From NCBI RefSeq assembly GCF_006345805.1, contig NC_043004.1:15996001-16060000 (forward strand): a stretch of 64,000 nucleotides of DNA, written 5' to 3'. This DNA comes from Octopus sinensis (taxonomy: Eukaryota). The position numbers and the translations under genes were made by a program. This document shows positions 53,979-64,000 of the stretch, piece by piece. The notes beneath the pieces are model-generated. The model was not told the origin of the DNA. It was given only the letters and a program-made list of their open reading frames with translations, and made no database searches. Position 1 is the first letter of the stretch; every line of letters starts with the position of its first letter.

Positions 53979-54202
53979 ATGTATGTATGCGTGTGTATGT
54001 GCGTGTAAGAACTAATTTTAAGTAAACCCTATAAAGATGTTGATAATTTTATGAATCAACGTATATACTTTCTATGTACACGAAATTATGCTATAGCTAT
54101 ATAGGTCATAATACACTGTAACTTTGTGCTTTGTACCTTATAATATAAATATGCCTTGAATATCTTTACTAACCTCTTTGTGTAAAATATTCGAGTAACG
54201 GG

Positions 54203-54390
54203 AAGCCATCGAGCTGGCTGAATCGTTGGCACGCTTTGCAAAATGCATAGTGGCTTTTCGTCCGTCTTTATATTCTGAGTTCAAATTCTGCCAAGTTCCA
54301 ACTTGCAATTAATATTTTCTTCCTCCCGGTCGATGTAGTCCACTTACACCTCCCCTAAAATTATGGGCCTTGTTTCAAAATTTGAAGCCA
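54203..54390 (+). mobile_element. SINE family A copy (diverged)
   Basis: gccatcgagctggctgaatcgttggcacg...ttctgagttcaaattctgcc...gggccttgtttcaaaatttgaag. Confidence 0.75.
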
Positions 54391-56010
54391 ATATTCACAT
54401 TACAGTACTGAAAATTTTCCGAGATACCTATTGAACAATACGTGCACAGTAACGTGTCAAAGTGTCTTAAACATATATTTACTCGATATTTTCCATTAAT
54501 GTACCTTCCTCTAAATCTGAATCAGATACAACAATGTATTCCATTTACCCTGCTAATGGTTATTTCATTAAGGAGTGTTCTGTAGAAGGAACGGAATCTC
54601 TTTTATAATGACCAAATTGAATACTCTTCAATACAGTGTACAGCTGTCAAACATTTTCTTTTAATCTCTTCTTAGCTCCTTTTCAATGCAATAGTATAGC
54701 TGTTTGTATATGTGTACGTGTGTGTATGTGTGTGTGTATTTGTGTGTCTGAGTGTGTATGCTTGGTTATTATCGTATAATTTAACAAAGTACTTAAGTCG
54801 ACAAAAAACCCACAAAATATACCTATCCCCTCTATTAATCATATATAATTGACCACTATATATTTGATTTAGTGTGTATGAAGCTCTTCGCATTAATATC
54901 GGTTATTAGGTCCGCAACCTAATGAATTAACTCACTGGCTTTATATTCGAGACTAAGGGACAAAATTATAAATAAAACTGAGAGCTGTTGCCGATAAAAT
55001 ACAATTTTCAACCAGGCAAATCTTCTGCGCGAGTGACGTTGCACCAACATAGTTTCCAAACTGGTTCCAAGACTCTCTCGAAACAAGATACAATTTAAAA
55101 TGGTTTATGATCATTACTATTTAAAGGACACCTTCAAGAAATAATTATTCATTCGAATTTAATTGGGATTAGTAAATGGTTCCCACAATTAGCTGATTGG
55201 TTTTTCTTATTTTATTCTACACTGAAACGCCACAGAACTAATTCATAATTGAAATCATTTGTTTTTAACAAATAGTGATTGCTATCTATTTGGTCAGTTA
55301 AGTGATTGTAGTATGTTTATATATTTACTTAGTTGCCAGTCAACAATACAAAATGAAAGGCGAAAATAGCGGAGAAGATCGTTCGCAGTCGTTCAGTCTA
55401 CTAGAAAAGGGATTTATGACACCTCCTATCAAAATAGGACAAACAAGCAAAGAATCTTCTCGACATATTGCAAGTGTATATGTAGCGCATTGTATTGTTT
55501 CTCCCAATTGTCCAGCGCTGGCGCAGTTAATAACACCCCAAACAGAAATATATTTATAATTATTCTGTTTCAGTCTAATCGTTTACACTCAGATTTAATA
55601 AAGGAAAAGAAATATTATACCAGCTGGGTGGTTACTCCTCGTTTCTCGTATCGCACACTTATAAAAACTCATGGAGAAGCTAGCGAAAGAAAAGCAAGCA
55701 GTTAGCTATTATGCAATATTCAAAATAGCCATGTATATATAGTGTCTAATATAAAGAAACCACCCTGAGGTAACATCATATTTTGGGGGAAGGTTGTTTA
55801 AGAGCTCGTTAAATTTGTAAAATGCCAAGTTCCACAGGAGTGACAAGCAAGTGTACCGGATCCATTCGTGCATTTTAGATGTTTACCATGGCATAAACTG
55901 GTATCCAGCTATATTCTTGGGCGAGAATTCGTCGTCTCTGACATGGAAAACGTGAATGATGTATAAATAAATATACATAAGTATAAACACACACACTCAT
56001 GTACATGTAT

Positions 56011-56041
<31 letters not shown>

Positions 56042-56055
56042 CATATATATCTGTG

Positions 56056-56124
<69 letters not shown>

Positions 56125-57252
56125 TCCTGAGTGATTCCATCAAATATACATTGTTATATTGAAGATTGCTTTTATGCTGAGCATCTGAACAGATATCTGT
56201 CAACAATATTTTGAAATGTTCATGAAATACTTTATTTTAATTCTTGTTATCCCTATAATGGCCAATGAATATCGGAAATATGGAAATATTGCTGTTGAAA
56301 CAATCTGACATTAATGGGAATTTTTAATAATATACTGAGCAGGGCAATGTTTTTAAATAAACAATTTATTCTAAGCGACATATTAATTCGCAAAATCATA
56401 TTTCAGCGAATCCGCCCTTGTCAAATTCCATGTGAAGTAAGTACTCAAAAATTCCAGTTCAGTTTAAATTACAACGAATATCATTTTCAATTATTCACTT
56501 TCATATGATAAAATCCCTTACACTGGCGGTTAGCAATCACGCCTCGTGTCATAATATACCACAAATCATCCCACTGATATACTAATTCTCGTTAAAATCT
56601 CATGTTTGAATCTTCGTATTGCTTGTAACCCCAATCCTTCTACTATCCCTTCTGGTGGAGAGAAAATTATGATTTTGCTTATAATTTTTGAATATTAATT
56701 AATTATATAGAAGTGTAATTGCAATTGAAATTTTCATTAAAGTGAGATAAGACTGTCTGCAACAGTATCTTTTCAAAAAAGCACAATATGTTCCAAACGT
56801 AACGAAATTTTTACGGAATACATTTATTAATCTATGAACAACAAAGAAATTACCAACTCGAAAAAGACTTCTGAAGTCGTCGAAACAATAATTGAAATCA
56901 TAATTTCGAAGATAGTAAGAAAATTGCCATCATCTAACGGACATAAAGTACAAAGTATATTTTGCTTTTGTTTGTGCGACGGACTGACACTAATATCGGA
57001 TTGCTCTCAGATAAATCCAATAATGATACAAATTCTGCCATGGCTTCTAATTATCTATTATGTTTCATCTATCTATGGACTATCTCGCCTTTTCATGGCT
57101 ATCATTTTCAATCCAAATTCACATGTACACACCGCGGTTTTCAATGAAATAATCATATTTGTTTGATCCTGTTTCTCATTAAATACCTCAAAGCTAGCCG
57201 GGAAACAGGTCAATAACTTTCGCATATTTCTTCGTGCATGATATATCAATAA

Positions 57253-57453
57253 TCAACGTATTCGGCTACAAATGTAAATTAGCATGATAATAATGTTAGC
57301 TCGATCGATTTCGCTGTACAAATAATTCATTTTAATGTTTGTGTCTCCAGTGTGTTTCATGGATTTCGAATGTGCGTTAAAATCCCCTCGAATTATATTA
57401 TCCTGCGGTAAATCGTTTTCAAATGTACTAGAATTATACGACGTAGATAACAT
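57253..57453 (-). mobile_element. Possible LINE apurinic-type endonuclease fragment
   Basis: IIRGDFNAHS motif followed by TNIKMNYLYSEIDRANIIIML; single motif only. Confidence 0.45.
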
Positions 57454-58129
57454 TGTATGACATCATCTCTTATCTGATTTGAGGGTAAGGAATTAACAAT
57501 GCTTCTGTCTTAAAACCTCAACTGAGTTAAGCTTCAACTGCATCACTTCCAGAGTTTATCGCATATTTATGCTTTGTGGTTCTTGCTTTTTTTCTTGCCA
57601 CGATGCAACATATCGGTTTGTACGAAAAACTTCATTTCATGCAATTCTTTATTACAATGTAAAATTGTATGTATCAGTGCACTAATATTCTTCCATTTAC
57701 AGACACACAATCATATAACTGCCTTCTAAATAGGTAAATACCCGTAACGGAATTTTACTCCGACGCAAGTTTAAAATACACATAATGTAGTACATAGAAA
57801 TAACATAAATAAAACATTAGCATCTACGTGGGTGTTCAGTTAGTATAACAATATTGTATCAATTTCTTCTTGAATCAGAAGTTATTTTCGTAGCCATTAG
57901 TTGTATACATAAATCTACTTATCTTCCAATTGAAGAAGAAACTGACTGCAACATATCTATGAATATAATCCACTTATTTATTTAAAGACTTTTTACAAGA
58001 CATTGTCTCACAAAATACGCACAAATACACATAGCATTTATATAAAATGCTCACATAAAACACGTGCTAAGTTGGTTTTCAATAAAATGAGTTGTACGAG
58101 ATACAGAGAAACATTACAGGCCATAGCGT

Positions 58130-59800
58130 TTAAATGTTGGTTAATATAAAGACCTAAGGGTTATTTACGTTCATCGTTGCGTGGTGGGTATGTGCAGTTG
58201 TAGGGACTGGTGTGACCACGATTTGGATTATGATGGTCATTTAGCGAACGATGGTGCCTGTGAAACTATTACACACATGAACTAATCATTCATTTGATCT
58301 ACATTCTTTCAGCTGTGGCGGCGCATATATTACTATTTGAATCAGATTTGGATGCCTTTTCCGTTGAGCCTTATTGACCAATGGGCTTAGTTTCTTCCTA
58401 ATTCTGCTACAAATCCGTTTAATTTTTAGAATTGTTTCGAATGTTTTCTTTTCGTTTTCACTTCATTTTTTCTGTCACAACTTCAATTGAATTTTTCATG
58501 ACAGTCCTCTGTGTAAAAACCTGCCAGACTGTCCTTCTAACAATCAGTTATATTGGGGACATGCATTGCGAGCTACATATTTATATGCTCGAACGAAACA
58601 CTCTGCATCGAACACTTGTTATTGCGTGGGAAAATAGGCATTGTTTACAGTCGAATTCAAACTTCACTTCAGATCTGCTCGTAGATATAGTAAATTGTGT
58701 TCTATTGTTGGACAAAACTACTTTAGAATCATCTGTGATGATAATTTCCCGCAATATAATACATTTCATTAATAATGGTTAATACTTTTTTACTACATAT
58801 AGTAGTTTCGTAAACAAATAGCAGAATGAATTTTATCATCGGTGTAATTGGCATACGCTCTTCGGCATGTTTTTGGCTATTCACTATGTTTTTGTATCTT
58901 TTATCAGGTGCAGTTTGTAAATGACTGACATAATAGATGTAATTCATATCCATACCATCTTGCATATTTGGCCAGTAATATTATGCACAGACTGATTAAT
59001 ATCTATGATTCATTTCATTCATTTACCACGACATGATGGCTCCCAGCGGCATCAAATATCCGTTTGTATTATTTTGGCTTGGAATAACTATTCTCAGAAA
59101 ATACGACAGCGAAATTGATAAATCCTCTTCCTCATTTCTTTTATGACGCTTTAAACGAAGGCTCTCATAGGTGTTCTACTTCGATATTTATTTTACCAGC
59201 CAATCGACGAATTTTTTAATTCGAATAACATTCATATCTGCCTGCATATATGATCACAAATTTCCTCAACGATTTAATGTTTTCGAAACTAGAATAGAAC
59301 AAGCTTTTTATGACGTTTGTCATAAAAAAATTGTAATCATGCCTGATCGGCAGTCGTGATATGACATCAATATTTTCATATCTATTCTAGCTCTGTTCCG
59401 TATACCATGATATGAATAATATTACCAATATTGCAACTGTTCAGTCGTAAGTAACGGTATATTTTTATCGACTCAGAATACACTTAATAGCTTCTTACAA
59501 TCGGTGATTAATTCAAAATGGCGTTCATATAAGAAAGAATAGAACAACTGAAAATGACTGAAAATAGTTTTATATATTTTAAAAATCGACGTTGAAGCGC
59601 AAGACAACGGACAATCAAATCCGTTTTCATACTGCAAGAGATACGCTCGAATGTCGGTGACGACATGATTCTAGTGTCAAATGCTTCAGAAATTGATAGG
59701 AATGAAGCTAGTGATTGTGTCATGTTTCTTAGAGGCAGATTCCGTAAACTTTATCGCATTTTAGTGATTTTAATGGACTTTTAATGGATATTTGGTACTT
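58130..59800 (-). mobile_element. Gypsy/Ty3 LTR retrotransposon pol remnant (RNase H and integrase)
   Basis: RHFELITDCKKLLSVF*VDKNIPLLTTEQLQYW (cf. RHFELITDHKPL...RLQRW), DVISRLP, YWPNMQ, VVLSNNRTQFT (cf. VSDNGTQF) in correct order; no LTRs seen. Confidence 0.75.
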
Positions 59801-60289
59801 ATGTTTAAAGAGAATTGCGTTCTATGTAAGGCGATAAGGTTTGTGTGTTAAGTATAGACATTTAATATACAAGCCGTGAATCATTCTCTATTGCTCTCAC
59901 TCTGAATGTTTTATTATTTCGGATACGATTTATGTGAAGGCTTTCTTTTATCAACGCTTGATACAGTTAACCATTGTAATATGACACTGACCTAACATTT
60001 TAAGGATTCTCTGTAGAAATCTATTCTGGAAGTTGTAGGTGAACATTTGGTAAGAGTTGAAGTTTTCACGGTCACGACACGGGAGTTTGGGAATTTGGAT
60101 AGTGCCTAGGACTTAAAATCTACAGAGGATCCTAATGGCATCTGAGTCGTCAATTTTCCTACCAATATCGTTGGACGTTCTCGAGATTTTAATCATTTCA
60201 TTGAGAACGATGTATACACTTTCGTTGGAGAATGATGGTAATTCTTAGGCGAAGCACTGGGTTTTGAAAGTGGAAAAGTATGACTAGTT

Positions 60290-60420
60290 GGTGCAAAGCT
60301 AGCTGTATAAGAAGTTTACATCCCAACCACGTAACTCTGGGTTCGGTCTCACCGCGTGGAACCTTGCGAGGGTGTCATCGACTATAACCTGGAGCCAACC
60401 CAAGCTTTGATGCATTTGGG
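60290..60420 (+). mobile_element. SINE family B 5' fragment
   Basis: gctgtataagaagtttacatcccaaccacgtaactctgggttcggtctcaccgcgtgg. Confidence 0.6.
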
Positions 60421-60449
60421 CAAGTCTATATTATTATCAGACAATTTCC

Positions 60450-60543
60450 AATGAATGTTTAAAAAAACAAAATCAACACTCAGCAAAAATCCAGTACAAA
60501 TTCTTCATGGTTCAAAACGTTGCTTACTTTTTATCATCCTGAT
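60450..60543 (-). mobile_element. Mariner 5' end fragment
   Basis: gcaaaaatccagtacaaattcttcatggttcaaaacgttgcttacttttt matches 33585-33648. Confidence 0.75.
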
Positions 60544-60769
60544 ATTTCCCATTTAAAAGATGTAAGAAGCTAGGAACATCGATGTCAGGGTATCCTGCGA
60601 GATGGCGAAACTGAACAGTGTGATTTTATACATTTTTACCATTAGAATATATTTTCCTTACGGTTATTGCAGAGAATTTGCTTTTAATCAATTGAAATAT
60701 GTCAAAAACATATTTTAGCTAACTTAAAATTTGCTTATGCCTAAACACTGCTTGGTACTAATATTTTGG

Positions 60770-60807
<38 letters not shown>

Positions 60808-61061
60808 TAATGCAATACGAGAGTATTGCTTTCCAGTAAAGAATAGGCCGTGAGGGAAAATTATACATAGAAGTAAATATATGGCACAACGAAGTACCGA
60901 TATTTACTGGAAAATAGCGAACGTAATAATACGACGCTAATGTATAGCTTCACCGCGTATGTACTAACAAAAATGCGTGAGCGCAACAAACTTGAAAAAA
61001 ATTGTCTTACCTCCATGGAGAACATCTGAAGGATGAAACACCTAGAAAGGGATAATGTGGG

Positions 61062-61131
61062 ACCGGGACCGGTTTCAGATTTTTCAAGATATGCCTGCAC
61101 ACATACACTTGATCTATCTTCATCAGCCAAC
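61062..61131 (-). ncRNA. Type I hammerhead ribozyme, canonical core
   Basis: GTTGG-CTGATGA-AGAT..TCAAG..GTATG TGTGCAGG CATAT CTTGA..ATCT-GAAAC CG GTC^CCGGT; ACCGGT palindrome; GUC triplet; predicted cleavage between 61067 and 61066. Confidence 0.82.
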
Positions 61132-61297
61132 ATATACCACGACAACATTTCAGATGTTGCCACATTAATGCCAATACACTCGACTGAAACGCTAAAACGC
61201 TGACAGAACGAGAACAGTGAAGAATTACTTGGAAATGGATGCGTGACGTTCAATTAAATAATAATGTAAATGATATGTGTGTGTGTGTGTGTGTGTA

Positions 61298-61365
61298 CGT
61301 GAAGGCGCATGGATCAGTGGTTAGAGCATCGAGCTTACGATCGGGAGGCTGTGAGTTAGCTTGCA
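61298..61365 (+). mobile_element. tRNA-derived SINE head fragment
   Basis: gtgaaggcgcatggatcagtggttagagcatcg. Confidence 0.55.
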
Positions 61366-62137
61366 AACTTCCTGCAATTATTTTCATGCGACCGGAAAAT
61401 CAAAAATGCTCGACAAATGGAAAATCAGAAAATGCTCAAATATGAAATTTGCTCGTCGCTTTTTCTCTGCAAACAGACCCATCCATTTTTCGACCGTATT
61501 GTAACTTCCGATGAAAAGTGGATTCTGTACAATAATAAAAAAACGTCCTTCGCAGTGATCGGACCAGGATGACGCACCAAAAACCTTCCTTAAACCCAAG
61601 CTCTTCAAAAAGATGGTTATGGTGACTGTTTGGTAGTGTACTGATGGACTCATCCACTATAACTTCAGCAAAAAACATTACTGCAGAAACATATTGCCGT
61701 GAAATTACCAAGATGAACGAAAGTCTGCTACTCCTCCGTCTCTGACTAGTCAACGGAGGAGGCCCAATCATTCTCCTTGGCAATGCTCGACCACACATTT
61801 TACTAATGACGCTCCAGAAATTGAGGAAATTTGGCTACGAAGTTCTTCCCCACCCAGCTTATTCCCCAGACCTTTCTCCTACCGACTACCACTTTTTCAA
61901 GCACCCTAATGGTTTCCTGCAATAGAAAGAGTTGCAAAATGAAACCGATACTGAAAGTGCGTTCCAAGATTTCATCAGCTCCAGAACTCCAGATTTTTAT
62001 GTTACCGGAATAAACAAACTTGTAACTCGTTGGAAAAAATATGTTGATTAGTTTGATGAATAAAATTTCAACCTTGTTGAAACATACAATGATGAATTTC
62101 ATGTTTCAAAACGTTGCCTACTCTTTATTCAGCCTAA
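61366..62137 (+). mobile_element. 5'-truncated mariner (same family as 32401-33648)
   Basis: IVTSDEKWILY, LGNARPH, YSPDLSPTDYHFF; right TIR tcaaaacgttgcctactctttattcagcctaa followed by TA. Confidence 0.9.
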
Positions 62138-63143
62138 TACATGCCATTGCCACTGTGTAACGCAATGATAACAAAGAGAAACATGTAGGATAAAATTTTC
62201 CAAAAGCAATGGAAAAAATACAATTTTGAAAATATGAAATTATATGAAAGTGCTGAAAAACCATTTGCCGTTTCCTTTACCCTCACCTGCTCAAATTCCT
62301 TTATGAATGCAACCAGATAATTGTTATTATGTGCAATGGTAAAAACCAAATCCACGGCAGACGAATGGACTTTGAAACCGATAACACAGGGATTTAAATA
62401 AAAAGACAGAGACGCGAAATATACCACAATGCTACTCCACGATTTAACAGTGTTTGCTCAACTCGCGCTTGCATAACATGAACATCAGCAATTATAATGA
62501 TCGTAGTGAGAGAGAGAGAGAAAGAGAGAGAGAGAGGAGAGAGAGAGAGCATGATTTAAAAAAACGGTCTTTCTTTTGCGAATTCAAGAAACAATTTAAA
62601 TCAGTGTTGAAATTCAAAACTAATTTAATTTTATTGTCTTATTGACTATAACGGTGTAGTTTCATATTATATTAAAATGAAATTAATTCAATTGATTACC
62701 ATGCAGACTTTGTGATTTTATCAAAACTGCGATTGTGACTTTAACGGTTATGAAAAATCTAAACTGATAACAGTAATGTTTTGTTTGGTGCTAAGAATGC
62801 TATTAATTTTGTGCTTACAAAACTTATAATTGGTGCTCTGAGGACACTAGACATATCAGTAATTCCCTTTATGTCATTCGAGTTTGAAGATTCTAATCTG
62901 GATAATGATTGATTCGCTGTCTTCGTATCTTGTCTCTTGGGTGCTACGCTTAGAGGAGAGAGATACATAGATTATAATACAATATAATTTATATCTCATA
63001 TTCACTGTAAGAATGAAGCTCGTTTATAACAGAATTGTATATTTTTTTATTAAACAAGAATTCTCACAGGATGTCGGTGCACAAACATCAATAAACTTAC
63101 GTGTATGTGTGCACTTATATATAAGTGCATGATTGTGTGTGTT

Positions 63144-63177
<34 letters not shown>

Positions 63178-63530
63178 AAAACACGAGAGAAATAAAGTAG
63201 GATCTGCATCGGTGAACGTGATGAAGAGTCAGTTGTTGAATCAGGCAAGTTACCTACTCCTTAAGACGGAGTGTAAATAGCAGAGAGCTTCACAAGTATG
63301 TAATACTGAAGAAGAGTCACAGTGACACAACTCGTGGCAACGCTGTATCATTGAAATACAGTTATATGCCGTCAGCTTTCTGGAGGTTCCGTGTGTCTAT
63401 TTTGACTCAGAGATGTTGGATTTATGCGAAGCTCTTGTCCTAAATGGTATGTAGTAACATCCAAAAGTGCAAACACTAACTCGTAAATGAGAAGTAAACA
63501 TCTCATACATCGCGACATGGTGCGAGAACA

Positions 63531-63532
<2 letters not shown>

Positions 63533-63584
<52 letters not shown>

Positions 63585-63606
63585 GGAGAGAGAGGGAGAG
63601 ATAGAC

Positions 63607-63657
<51 letters not shown>
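63533..63657. repeat. (TA)n(GA)n(GATA)n microsatellite
   Basis: Visible arrays. Confidence 0.95.
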
Positions 63658-63658
<1 letters not shown>

Positions 63659-63812
63659 TATAAAAATGGGACAAGAAAACATCCAGATAGACGATACAAA
63701 GAAAACAAGAATGTGCCATTCAAAGTTTTCTTTCCTCAATCAAGTACCAGATTATCTTCGCAATTTCGGCTGATTATACTTGAGATTGCTCCAATCTGGC
63801 CATATATATATC

Positions 63813-63847
<35 letters not shown>

Positions 63848-64000
63848 TGTGTGTGTGTGTGTGTGCTAGGCGTTACTTCATTGAGGAAGTGGCTAAAGAA
63901 CCTGGCACGTGTGAGACCCTGTTTCCTTAAGAACAATCTAAAGTTTTGACAAGGTCGACCATCTATACTTGGCAGCGAACCTCAACTCAGCTAGTTTCGG

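Noticed and set aside
60565-60625. HHR-like CATC...GATGGC-GAAACTGAACAGTG
   Set aside because: No CUGANGA core in register and no stem I.
60450-62137. 60511-60543 and 62106-62137 as the two TIRs of one mariner
   Set aside because: They point the same way; they are a minus-strand 5' end and a plus-strand 3' end of separate copies.
62287-62369. Minus-strand 83-nt candidate exon ending GAGCAG|gtgagg
   Set aside because: Open frame but no recognisable homology; needs RNA-seq.
63215-63350. Two NTGAWGAAGAGTCA motifs resembling hammerhead 5' halves
   Set aside because: The GAAAC half is missing or too degenerate.

Overview
Eukaryotic, AT-rich, microsatellite-dense DNA. The SINE families and repeat landscape look like Octopus (cephalopod); this is an inference from sequence recognition, not a database result. 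I found no confident host protein-coding exon, tRNA/rRNA gene or CRISPR array, and most ORF-track entries are microsatellite or minisatellite artefacts. The window is a patchwork of decayed mobile elements: four tRNA-derived SINE families (labels A-D are mine), six R4/Dong-like RT+RLE LINE remnants, several Penelope-like elements (PLEs) and solo pseudo-LTRs, an L1/Tx1 RT remnant, a cryptic Gypsy pol remnant, two mariners (DD34D), a maT (DD37D), a Tigger-like MITE, and a tandem pair of non-autonomous Helitrons carrying a 2.8-kb minisatellite. The most striking signal is about 11 type I hammerhead ribozyme (HHR) or HHR-like motifs. Two have fully canonical cores (31113-31172 +, 61062-61131 -), and each is followed by a 47-48-nt GT-AG intron-like segment. 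The first lies in a 504-bp-period unit bounded by 174-bp direct repeats that differ at one base, a young retrozyme/pLTR-like element. Folds and alignments were done by eye; element boundaries are approximate unless termini are quoted.
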